Shown one piece after another: positions 54,399-63,117 of a DNA stretch of 64,000 nt. Source of the stretch: Candidatus Bathyarchaeota archaeon. GTDB lineage: Archaea > Thermoproteota > Bathyarchaeia > Bathyarchaeales > WUQV01. Position 1 is the first letter of the stretch, and each line of letters starts with the position of its first letter. The notes under the pieces were generated by a model that saw nothing but the letters and a program-made list of their open reading frames with translations, had not been told where the DNA came from and ran no database searches. The stretch is taken from NCBI GenBank assembly GCA_021158125.1, contig JAGGVF010000008.1:3827-67826 (forward strand). Reading direction: 5' to 3'. The translations under genes and the position numbers were made by a program.

Positions 54399-56198
54399 TT
54401 AGGCTATTTCCTTAACTGGATAACGTTCATACTGCAGTTCATAAAGTTTTGTAAGCTTCTCGATGGTATCTATTTCTTCAACCGATTTGTCGGGTCGGAA
54501 GCGAACAACTTTAGGCACTCTTAAAGCGAATCCGCTTGTATATTCATCTGTCTGCTGAATTTCTTGGAAGGTTACTTCAACAACTATTGACGGACTTACA
54601 TAGACTCCGTCTCTGTCCTCGTTAATTTTTGTCTTTTCGATTATTTGGGTTAAAGTTTCCATGGCTTCTTCTGAAAGATTGGAAACTCTTCCAACCGTGT
54701 ACAGTTTTTTCTGTTTTGGGTCTCTTACTGCAAGCAGAAATGAGGAGTAGACTCCGGCTCTTTTCCCTTTTCCGTATAATGCTTTGACAATTGTGCAGTC
54801 AAGCGTGTCTCTTTCAGGTTTGAGTTTTAGCCAAGTATGAGTGCGTTTTCCAATTTCATATTTTGCTTCGAGGTTTTTTACAACTAGTCCCTCGAAGCCT
54901 TTTTTGAGAGCTTCATCGTAAAAGCTCATTAATTCAACTTCGTTTCGGCATTCCCTTCCTTCCATTAGAAACTCTTTCGGAACAACTTCTTCTAAATATT
55001 TTATTCTTTCTCGTAGGGGCAGGTCTGTTAAAACTTGGCCGTTTAGGTAGAGGATGTCGAACGCCCTTATTGTAACGCCTATTCGCCGCTTTCTTTCTTC
55101 TAGTTCTTCTGGCTTAAGCTTCCTAGGAACAGTTCTCTCAAGCAAGAACTGGAACGGAAGGAAGTTTCCATCTTTGTCTATTGCAACTACTTCGCTGTCA
55201 ACTATGCAGCTCTGAGCCTTAAAGCCATTAGCTATTTCAACTATTTCTGGAAGAGTTTCTGATTTTTCTATCCCTCTCCTTGAGAAAAGCCATATTTTTG
55301 TTCCCCACTTGTGTATTTGAAGCCTACTTCCATCCACTTTGTATTCAGCTCTAACTGGAAAAACAACCTTGTCTGGCTCGTATAAATGTGCAAGTTGGGG
55401 CTTTATGAACTGTCCAGGCCGGAGCTTGACGGCGGATAAGGCTTCTATGCCCTTTGGAGCCAGCATTAAGCCGTCTGTTATGCCTAAAACTGCACATGCA
55501 CTTTCAATAAGTTCAACTGGAACGTTGTAGGCTCTTGAAACCGCGCGGATAACGGTGCCTTGTTTAACTCCAAGTTTTAAATCGCCCAAAAGAAGCCTAA
55601 CAATGTACTTTGCTTCGTCTCTGTTCGCCCTCTTAAGCAGACTAGCCACAATTCTTTCACGTTCATGAATTTTCTTTAGGTTGGGAAGAAGCCGAATTGC
55701 TTCATAAACTTCTTCAACGGTTAGTTCGCCTTGTTTAGGCTCTTTTAAGAGATAAGCAACCTCTCCGTGTTCACCGTAATCGATAAGAAGACGTCTAATC
55801 TCTTGCAGGCTTTTTCCAGTTGCAATGCTTAATGCCCTTTCAATAGTGCCTGGACCGATCTTTAAGCTTTCATCAACAATTTTTCCAAGTGTAAGTCTAA
55901 CTTTGAATTCTAAGCTTAAGTCTTTACGTTGGAAAAATTTTGTTAATTCTGTCTCTTTTCCCTTTTTGCTTCTTAGAAGAGCGATTCTATCATAAAGGCT
56001 GACTATTTCTGAAAATAACGTTTTGCCTTTCGGCTCAAATCCTTCCATGTACAAGCGTATAAGGTAGTATGGCAGCCTAAACCTCCACTCTATTTGTTCA
56101 GGTGTGAACCCAGACTTGATTAAGTGAAGTACAGCTGCTTTTTCACTTCCATAAGTTTTAATCAGTTCTTCCATCGTAGGAGGCTTAACTATCGACAT
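54399..56198 (-). CDS. lig: ATP-dependent DNA ligase with an extra N-terminal segment
   Basis: Adenylation motif I AEYKVDGSRLQIH, an OB domain, and C-terminal GFALRVPKVVRFRPDK. Start taken at ATG 56198, 4 nt after the upstream stop. The longest ORF starts at 56237. Confidence 0.9.
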   Translation of the reverse strand: MSIVKPPTMEELIKTYGSEKAAVLHLIKSGFTPEQIEWRFRLPYYLIRLYMEGFEPKGKTLFSEIVSLYDRIALLRSKKGKETELTKFFQRKDLSLEFKVRLTLGKIVDESLKIGPGTIERALSIATGKSLQEIRRLLIDYGEHGEVAYLLKEPKQGELTVEEVYEAIRLLPNLKKIHERERIVASLLKRANRDEAKYIVRLLLGDLKLGVKQGTVIRAVSRAYNVPVELIESACAVLGITDGLMLAPKGIEALSAVKLRPGQFIKPQLAHLYEPDKVVFPVRAEYKVDGSRLQIHKWGTKIWLFSRRGIEKSETLPEIVEIANGFKAQSCIVDSEVVAIDKDGNFLPFQFLLERTVPRKLKPEELEERKRRIGVTIRAFDILYLNGQVLTDLPLRERIKYLEEVVPKEFLMEGRECRNEVELMSFYDEALKKGFEGLVVKNLEAKYEIGKRTHTWLKLKPERDTLDCTIVKALYGKGKRAGVYSSFLLAVRDPKQKKLYTVGRVSNLSEEAMETLTQIIEKTKINEDRDGVYVSPSIVVEVTFQEIQQTDEYTSGFALRVPKVVRFRPDKSVEEIDTIEKLTKLYELQYERYPVKEIA

Positions 56199-56202
56199 CA
56201 GC

Positions 56203-57426
56203 TTATCCTGCTGTTGCAGTTTCCGATATAGGTTCAACCGGTCTTACAAATCCGTCCGGTGTTATGTCCACTCGTATTCTTCTCCTTATGAAGTTGCACA
56301 TTCTGCAGTCGAGAACGCGAACTATTCGGACGAACTCTCCTCTACTCGCTTGCAGATCCATCTGTTGGTCTTGCCAGTACACCCTACCATAGTCGACGAT
56401 TATTGTTCCGTCTAGGTTGTGGGCTAAGCCTATTCCGCCAGCCATATCGTAGCTGTCCCAAGTTTCTGCGCTTCTTTGGTTGACAAATATGCCTGTAACT
56501 CCGTGAAGCTGGTTATATCTTGCGAGCTCCATAACTCGATACTTTAAGGCTCCACGGTAGGCTTCGAGTACGGTGACGGAGTCCACTATTGCTAAGTCTA
56601 TCCGTTCCTTTTCAACAACGTAACGGTAGGTTTCGGCGAATGTGTTCCATTCTCGAAGTTCAGGATAGGCAACAGTGTCTAGAATGAAGAGGTTTTCCCT
56701 TATTTTTTCCCAGTCTAAGCCTAAGATGTCGGCTTTCTGCTTCATTCGAGACTGCAAGTCGAAGCGTGGAGTTGAACTCTTCCAAACGTCTTCTGCTGTA
56801 GCGTATAGAACCTTCTTTCCGGAAGCCGCAACTCTTACTGCTATTTCCTCGACAAGAATCGATTTTCCAGCTCCCGGAAGCCCTGTAATTGCAAATTGTC
56901 CGCAAATAGGAATCCCGTTTAGCGGCTTTCCTTCAGGCGTTATAAAAAGCTGGTCTAGGAACGTTCCTGTTTTAAAACCTACTAGGGGTTTTTTAGCTTC
57001 AACAGCTTCGTCTGGCCTAAGAACAAACGCGCTGAGCTTTTCCTCTTCCTTTTTAATTTCAGTTTTCATAGGCTTTGTTGCAAGTTCCCACTGGTCAGGT
57101 GGTGGAGGACTAACTTTCATTGCCTCAGCTAAAGTTTTCGCCATTGCTTGAACTAACGTTTCAACATTTTGCGTTGGAGCAGGAGCTTCCTCAGCTGCTG
57201 CAGGTTTTGTAGGCTGTGGAGCAGCAGGTTTTTCTATCTCCGCAGAGGTTAGAACCCACATTTCGCCTTTACGGTCAACAATTCCCTTAGACTTTAGGGA
57301 CTGCAGTAAAGCATAGGCTGAGTTAGGGCCATACTTAGAGATTCCAAGGCCGAGAGCGACGTCATTTAACGAGGCTTGGCCGCCCCTATCTTTCAGAAAA
57401 TCAATAACGTCTGATTCTTCGACCAT
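56203..57426 (-). CDS. wHTH-fused KaiC/RecA-superfamily ATPase
   Basis: N-terminal winged-helix-like segment (LNDVALGLGISKYGPNSAYALLQSLKSKGIV), a Pro/Ala linker, then Walker A GLPGAGKS and Walker B LAIVDSV. Confidence 0.7.
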   Translation of the reverse strand: MVEESDVIDFLKDRGGQASLNDVALGLGISKYGPNSAYALLQSLKSKGIVDRKGEMWVLTSAEIEKPAAPQPTKPAAAEEAPAPTQNVETLVQAMAKTLAEAMKVSPPPPDQWELATKPMKTEIKKEEEKLSAFVLRPDEAVEAKKPLVGFKTGTFLDQLFITPEGKPLNGIPICGQFAITGLPGAGKSILVEEIAVRVAASGKKVLYATAEDVWKSSTPRFDLQSRMKQKADILGLDWEKIRENLFILDTVAYPELREWNTFAETYRYVVEKERIDLAIVDSVTVLEAYRGALKYRVMELARYNQLHGVTGIFVNQRSAETWDSYDMAGGIGLAHNLDGTIIVDYGRVYWQDQQMDLQASRGEFVRIVRVLDCRMCNFIRRRIRVDITPDGFVRPVEPISETATAG

Positions 57427-57633
57427 AAGCTTTCTCCAGACTATATAAATGGAAAATAGCAGACTATAAACTTTCTTGAACTAAACGGACAACCCAAACC
57501 CTAAAATAAAATTCTAAAACAGAAAAACCCCATTTCTACAAATCATAGAACATTCGCGTTGCATCTTGTAAAGAATCACCATTAAACTTAATCAGAATAA
57601 ATCGTACTTAATAATCACAAAAAGGTGTTGTAA

Positions 57634-58167
57634 ATGGACCTGTTTGAGGCCATTGAAAAAAGAAGAAGCATACGACGTTACAAGCCTGACCCGGTTTCTG
57701 ATGAACATTTGAAGAAAATTCTGGAAGCAGCTAGGTTAGCGCCTTCTGGCAAGAACCTTCAGCCTTGGCGTTTCGTAATTGTTAGAGATGCTGAAAGAAA
57801 GAAGATGTTGGCGAAGGCTTCTATGAATCAGATGTTCATCGCAGAAGCCGATGTCGTAGTCGTAATTCTAAGCGACCCAACCATCTACTCCTCACCCGGT
57901 ACTAAGAGGAGAATCCCATACTTGCAGGACCCCATGATTGCCGTTGAACACATGGTTTTGGCTGCAACTGCACTTGGATATGGAACCTGCTGGATAGGCG
58001 CCTTCGACGGAGACGAGGTTAAGCGTATAGTGAAAGCCCCGGAAAGGTTGGCTGTTATTGCTTTACTTCCAATAGGAGTCCCAGATGAAAGCCCTCCGCC
58101 GAAGCCTAGGAAACCTTTCGAAGAAATATTCTTTAAAGAAGAATACGGTGTCCCGCTTTCACTTTAA
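57634..58167 (+). CDS. Nitroreductase-family protein
   Basis: IEKRRSIRRYKPDPV..ARLAPSGKNLQPWRFVIV. Confidence 0.85.
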   Translation: MDLFEAIEKRRSIRRYKPDPVSDEHLKKILEAARLAPSGKNLQPWRFVIVRDAERKKMLAKASMNQMFIAEADVVVVILSDPTIYSSPGTKRRIPYLQDPMIAVEHMVLAATALGYGTCWIGAFDGDEVKRIVKAPERLAVIALLPIGVPDESPPPKPRKPFEEIFFKEEYGVPLSL

Positions 58168-59550
58168 TTGGTGAATGGCATGAACGAGTTGGATGAAGTG
58201 TACTCTTACATTAATGAGAATTCAGAAGAGTTTGTGAAAGAACTCGTAAGTTTAGTGAGAAAACCCAGCGTCTCCGCAACTGGTGAAGGCATCGATGAAT
58301 GCGCTGAAGCAGTTAAACAACTTATGGAGAATATAGGGCTTAAGGTTCAAGTTATCCCCGAAAAGGATGGAAATCCAGTTATTTACGGTGAAATAAAATC
58401 AGAGGATTCAAACAAGACTCTGCTTTTTTATGACCATTACGATGTTCAACCACCAGACCCAATTGAAGAATGGAAAAGCGGCCCCTTCAGCGGTGAAATA
58501 AGAGAAGGAAAAATCTACGGTCGCGGTGCTTCCGATAACAAGGGCAATTTAGTTTCTAGACTTATGGCAGTTAAGGCCTTATTAGAAACTAGAGGTAGGG
58601 TTCCCGTTAATGTGAAGTTTGTTGTTGAAGGAGAGGAAGAGATAGGAAGCCCTCATTTCGCTTCCGTTGTCAAAGACTACGCCGACCTCTTCTCCGCAGA
58701 CGCATGCATATGGGAATTCGGCGGAATCAATAGACATGGAAATCCATGCCTCTACTTAGGTTTAAAGGGAGTCCTCTCAGTTGAGCTAAGAGCCAAATGC
58801 GCAACGAGAGATGTTCATTCAGCTAACGCCCCTTTAATTCCGAACCCTGCGTGGCGTCTAGTTTGGGCCCTAAACACCATTAAAAACTCGAAAGATGAAA
58901 TACTAATTGAAAAATTCTACGAAAACGTTCAAGAGCCAACAAAAGAGGAGATTGAGTGTTTAAAGGAGATTCCGTTTGAAGAAGAAGAGGAGAAAAGGGA
59001 ACTAGGCCTTAAAGAATTTCTTCACGGCCTAACCGGCCTAGAGGCATTGAAGGCTTTGCTTTTCAATCCAACATGCACAATTAACGGTTTTCTTTCCGGA
59101 TATACTGGCGCCGGCTCAAAAACTGTTTTGCCCCATAAAGCCTTTGTTAAACTTGACTTTAGACTAGTTCCAAGGCAAATGCCAAACGAAATACTTGAGA
59201 AGCTAAAATCCCATTTGAAGAAGAAGGGTTTTGAAGACATCGAAGTTGTATGTTATGGCTCCACCGAGCCTACTAGGACACCAGTGAATCATCCATTTGT
59301 TCGTTTAGTCGCTGCAACTGCAGAGAAAGTTTACGGTAAAAGAGCTGTTATTTATCCAACCAGCGCTGGCTCTGGACCCATGCATCTTTTCAGAAACTGG
59401 CTGAATATTCCAGTAGTTTCAGCTGGTTGCAGCTACCCCGATGCTAGGGCACACGCACCTAACGAAAATCTCCCAGTGAATCTTTTCATTAAAGGTGTAA
59501 AATTTATGGCTACCCTACTAACAGATTTTGGTTCAAGTGAAAAATTTTGA
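58168..59550 (+). CDS. M20-family metallopeptidase / deacylase
   Basis: YDHYDVQP, GRGASDNKG, EGEEEIGS metal-binding motifs. TTG start at 58168 or ATG at 58180. Confidence 0.85.
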   Translation: MVNGMNELDEVYSYINENSEEFVKELVSLVRKPSVSATGEGIDECAEAVKQLMENIGLKVQVIPEKDGNPVIYGEIKSEDSNKTLLFYDHYDVQPPDPIEEWKSGPFSGEIREGKIYGRGASDNKGNLVSRLMAVKALLETRGRVPVNVKFVVEGEEEIGSPHFASVVKDYADLFSADACIWEFGGINRHGNPCLYLGLKGVLSVELRAKCATRDVHSANAPLIPNPAWRLVWALNTIKNSKDEILIEKFYENVQEPTKEEIECLKEIPFEEEEEKRELGLKEFLHGLTGLEALKALLFNPTCTINGFLSGYTGAGSKTVLPHKAFVKLDFRLVPRQMPNEILEKLKSHLKKKGFEDIEVVCYGSTEPTRTPVNHPFVRLVAATAEKVYGKRAVIYPTSAGSGPMHLFRNWLNIPVVSAGCSYPDARAHAPNENLPVNLFIKGVKFMATLLTDFGSSEKF

Positions 59551-60551
59551 GTTTAAAGGCTGGAATAACTAGAAAAGGCGCCATATTGTTAGGTAAATAT
59601 GTAGCATGCGACGGATTTGACGAGTCTAGACCCCTAAGAGTAGTTACACATATGCATGCAGACCACACGCTTGGCCTAGGAAGAAGCCTCAGCCAATGCG
59701 AAGCTGTGTTAATGACGCCAGCCACCAGAGACTTACTTTCAATCTTAAGGGGCAAACTTTTCCTCCTAAAAGGAAATGTTGTAACCCTTGACTACGGAAA
59801 GCCATTCCAATATAAAAATGAACAAATAACTTTCTTTTTCGCCGACCACATTCTTGGCTCCGCACAAGTTTTAGTAGAAGACGCTGAGTCTACACGTATA
59901 GTCTATACAAGCGATTTCCGCATGCCGAAAACTCCAGTAATTGAATGCGACATTTTAGTTATGGAAGCAACCTATGGAAGCCCCCACTGCATTAGAAACT
60001 TTAAAGATAAAGTGGAAAACTTAATTGTTGAAATCGTCGATAAGGGGCTTAACGAAGGACCAGTTTACATATTTGGTTACCATGGAAAGCTTCAAGAAGT
60101 TATGGAGATTCTCTGGAAAAACGGTGTTAGAGTCCCCTACATCGCGCCGGAAAGAGTTTTTCAAGTTTGCAAAATTTATGAGAAATATGGAAAAAGACTC
60201 GGTCGTTTTTGGCATTCCAGAGATAACTACGCCAAAAAACTTATCGAAGAGAATGAACAGTTCGTCGGTTTTTATCACATGAATTCCAGAAGATTTGTTG
60301 GCAAAGGACACTTCCGAGTTATCATCAGCGGATGGGAATTCACCGAACCCTATAAGCAAATAAACAAAAAAGAATATGTAATTGCCCTAAGCGACCACTC
60401 CGATTTCGAAGACTTAATCGAATACGTTAGGCGTTGCAGACCCAAACTTGTCCTAACAGACAATTACCGCATTGGATACGCAAAAGTTTTGGCAAAAGAA
60501 ATAAGACGAAGACTTGGAACAAAGGCAATAGCAGCCCCACCCAAAAACTAA
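59547..60551 (+). CDS. Metallo-beta-lactamase fold, beta-CASP-like nuclease (resembles ligase-associated exonucleases)
   Basis: THMHADH (HxHxDH), FADHILGSAQ, SDF, EATYG, and C-terminal LSDHSDFEDLIEYV. TTG start overlapping the M20 stop (TTGA). Confidence 0.65.
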   Translation: MSLKAGITRKGAILLGKYVACDGFDESRPLRVVTHMHADHTLGLGRSLSQCEAVLMTPATRDLLSILRGKLFLLKGNVVTLDYGKPFQYKNEQITFFFADHILGSAQVLVEDAESTRIVYTSDFRMPKTPVIECDILVMEATYGSPHCIRNFKDKVENLIVEIVDKGLNEGPVYIFGYHGKLQEVMEILWKNGVRVPYIAPERVFQVCKIYEKYGKRLGRFWHSRDNYAKKLIEENEQFVGFYHMNSRRFVGKGHFRVIISGWEFTEPYKQINKKEYVIALSDHSDFEDLIEYVRRCRPKLVLTDNYRIGYAKVLAKEIRRRLGTKAIAAPPKN

Positions 60552-60600
60552 ACAGAAAACATTGAAAATTTGATGGTGGGCCGGGCCGGACTAATACCCG

Positions 60601-60653
60601 AAAGGGTTCAAGTCTACAAGATGTTGTAAAGATTTGTTTATGAAGAACCCTTT
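60601..60653. terminator. 9-bp inverted repeat between convergent genes (possible bidirectional terminator structure)
   Basis: AAAGGGTTC (60601-60609) and GAACCCTTT (60645-60653) are perfectly complementary. T-runs follow on both strands. Confidence 0.25.
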
Positions 60654-60667
60654 TAGTGCCTCTCCTT

Positions 60668-62371
60668 CTATTTTCTGTTTTCTCTTTTTTGTTTTCTTGA
60701 AGAGCGATAGGTGTAAATGCTGTATATAGTAGCGGTCGCTACTGTAATTGAAATAACCGCTATCAGCCATATCCATAGCGGATCACCCTCTATACCTGTG
60801 GTTTCGGGGGCAGGATTTTGCTGATTTTGCTGAATATTCTCGCTAGCTATTAGGTCAAAATCCAATGTCACTTCGTCTGTTACTGTTCCAGCGTCATTAG
60901 TTATTGTGAATGTTATCGTTGAGGTTTGATTAGTTTGTGTCCCCAAATTTTTTATTTCAAATTGGAAAGTATGCACAGCGTTTGGATCCACTATAGCACT
61001 ATCCATTTGTGGCAAAACTGAAACTGGAACGTTTGCTGGAATCGAGGGTGTTACAGTAATCTTTGAGGATTGTGCGGCATATTGTTTAACTTTGAGAACT
61101 ACGATGTCCTTATCTCTTATTATGGCTTTTGTTGTTTTTGTAGAATTCCAGAAGGCCTGTTCAATTTTGCCATTCGCTACAACTGGTTGATAGACAACCG
61201 AGTCAGCTAATTCTGACGAGATTTTTATAGTTATAAGACTTGAAGCCGCCCCACTCGGCATATAGATACGTAGTCTATTATCGCTTGTGATTGTCCATCC
61301 TTCTTTCCAGAGATCTAAGTTTTGAATGTTTGAGGGAAACGTTTTATTTAAATACTCTATTAGGTCCGATAGGTCTGCTTGTACGGGTATTACTCGTTCG
61401 TCCCAAAAATTAGGGCCATCTTGGCGATAAGATCCTGGGAAATCGTCGTTAGACACGAGCACATGATATGCAACAGGTTCTACACCACGCCAAAACCAAT
61501 GTGCTGGTGATTTATCGTCTTCCCAGCATTGAACCTCTTCAGTTCTATCCCCTGTGAGGCCTTTAGCAAGATACTCCTTTCCTCCGCCGAACCAGTAAAA
61601 GGCGAAGTTTTCGTTTTGTATTATTCGGCCTGTTTGAAGATCTCTCCCATATTCGATTGCTTTTACTAGCTGATCCGTCTTTTCAAAAGCAACAGTCTTA
61701 TTTATTATAAGCAAACCACTAGTAGGTGGCTGGCCATAACCAGTGCCAATTTTTCCAAGGTCTACGATCATAAGTTTCTCAGAAGAGTCAAATGGATTCG
61801 TCACAACTACTGCCTCAGCACCACCTACTGTGTCGACCGAAATCGTTTTTGTGAAAGAATTGTTACCCCCAATTTTTTCAACTGTTATGTCGAATGGTGT
61901 ATGTAAAGTCCATACAGCAGAACTATCACACTCCAGTACATTAACGGTAAATGATGGCACATACGTATCCAAGAGTTTGCTCACTTGTTTGCTCATTAAA
62001 TTGCGATATGTCCCATAAGTTTTCGGGTAAACTAGATAGCTTTTTAAATTTAAGTGTCGCTCCCAGTAAGGTTTTCTCGGAGTTATTGTAATCTTTATTG
62101 TGGCTGTAGGGATAATGGTTTTGTTATCAACTTTATTTTGCCCATATGAACTGACCTCAGCCTCATTAAACTTATAAAATAGAAAGGATTCTTTGGTGTC
62201 AGCTATTGCTGTTACAATCCAAAATGAGCCCTTCCATTCATGTGTTGAAGGATCTTCATAGCCTGTTGGCTCAATATAGATGTTAGATATGCTTAAAGGT
62301 GCACTTTGTCCATATGTAACTAGTAAAAGGGTGGCAATAAGAAAAACCAATGTTAATGCTAAAAATCGCAT
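60668..62371 (-). CDS. Surface glycoprotein candidate (signal peptide + C-terminal TM anchor)
   Basis: Start moved to ATG 62371 (MRFLALTLVFLIATLLLVTYG). C-terminal PLWIWLIAVISITVATATIYSIY followed by a basic tail. Several N-x-S/T sequons. Confidence 0.6.
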   Translation of the reverse strand: MRFLALTLVFLIATLLLVTYGQSAPLSISNIYIEPTGYEDPSTHEWKGSFWIVTAIADTKESFLFYKFNEAEVSSYGQNKVDNKTIIPTATIKITITPRKPYWERHLNLKSYLVYPKTYGTYRNLMSKQVSKLLDTYVPSFTVNVLECDSSAVWTLHTPFDITVEKIGGNNSFTKTISVDTVGGAEAVVVTNPFDSSEKLMIVDLGKIGTGYGQPPTSGLLIINKTVAFEKTDQLVKAIEYGRDLQTGRIIQNENFAFYWFGGGKEYLAKGLTGDRTEEVQCWEDDKSPAHWFWRGVEPVAYHVLVSNDDFPGSYRQDGPNFWDERVIPVQADLSDLIEYLNKTFPSNIQNLDLWKEGWTITSDNRLRIYMPSGAASSLITIKISSELADSVVYQPVVANGKIEQAFWNSTKTTKAIIRDKDIVVLKVKQYAAQSSKITVTPSIPANVPVSVLPQMDSAIVDPNAVHTFQFEIKNLGTQTNQTSTITFTITNDAGTVTDEVTLDFDLIASENIQQNQQNPAPETTGIEGDPLWIWLIAVISITVATATIYSIYTYRSSRKQKRENRK

Positions 62372-62477
62372 TTTGGTGCTTCTCCCCCGATAAATTTTTT
62401 CGATTAACTTTATAAGTTTTACCACCAGTAAAAATATTATTCTAGTCGGATAACCCAACTAAAGAAGGGAAGCAAAT

Positions 62478-62936
62478 ATGACTCGCCGAAAGAAAATCGC
62501 TCTTGTCATTTTACTTTCTATCCTAATCATACTCATCAGCTTGGGCATATACTATAATAACGCTTACAGAAGGCTGAAACTTAATCTAGTTGGTGTTGGA
62601 TTAGGAAGCGTGACGTACACATCAGCAGAAATAAGGCTAATTATCGAAGTGCAGAACCCTAATGTCTTACCTATCTATGTCCCAAGCGGCGACTTTGATG
62701 TTTACATAAACAACCAACACTTTTGCGACGGAAATTTTGGTTCTTTCACAGTGGCTGGCAACGGTCGAACACGTATAACAGTCCCGGTAACTTTTTACAT
62801 TACCGACGTCCCCGCAGTATTATATGGTCTTATCACCGGTGGTGGAACTGTAACAGTAACACTCGAAGGAGTGGTTCATGTCATATTATCTGATGTACCG
62901 TTCAGCACTACATTATACAACGCTAAATTTACGTGA
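62478..62936 (+). CDS. LEA_2 / NDR1-HIN1-like (LEA14-type) domain membrane-anchored protein
   Basis: N-terminal anchor, then IEVQNPNVLPIYVPSGDFDVYINNQ..G.., typical of the LEA_2 beta-sandwich. Confidence 0.6.
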   Translation: MTRRKKIALVILLSILIILISLGIYYNNAYRRLKLNLVGVGLGSVTYTSAEIRLIIEVQNPNVLPIYVPSGDFDVYINNQHFCDGNFGSFTVAGNGRTRITVPVTFYITDVPAVLYGLITGGGTVTVTLEGVVHVILSDVPFSTTLYNAKFT

Positions 62937-63117
62937 AACTTAATTAGATAAAACTATTTCTTGCTCAGAGACAAAGTCTAAATAATTTTGAGAAAAAATG
63001 AAAAGAGTAACAATTTTCGAAGATTTGATTTCATCTAGATTTTAGTCTTACAATAGAAAATATTTCCACAAACATTATTTTTGAGTTTAACAATTTGCAA
63101 CTTGGGAGACCAAAAAG

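Noticed and set aside
56675-57151. 158-aa ORF antisense to the KaiC-like ATPase gene
   Set aside because: It lies wholly inside a gene with clear Walker motifs. It has low-complexity Ser/Phe-rich composition and no SD.
57430-57475. Direct repeat CAGACTATA(T)AA x2 upstream of the KaiC-like gene
   Set aside because: This is probably two overlapping TATA-like elements in an AT-rich divergent promoter. It is too short to distinguish from chance.
60571-60620. tRNA-like string ..GGGTTCAAGTC.. that might be a tRNA gene, a split-tRNA half, or an att remnant of the tRNA-Arg 3' end
   Set aside because: There is no 5-bp T stem (AAGGG versus CTACA do not pair) and no acceptor or D arms on either strand. 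The DNA between it and tRNA-Arg is housekeeping (argS, deoC, lig) with no integrase, so an integrated element is not supported.
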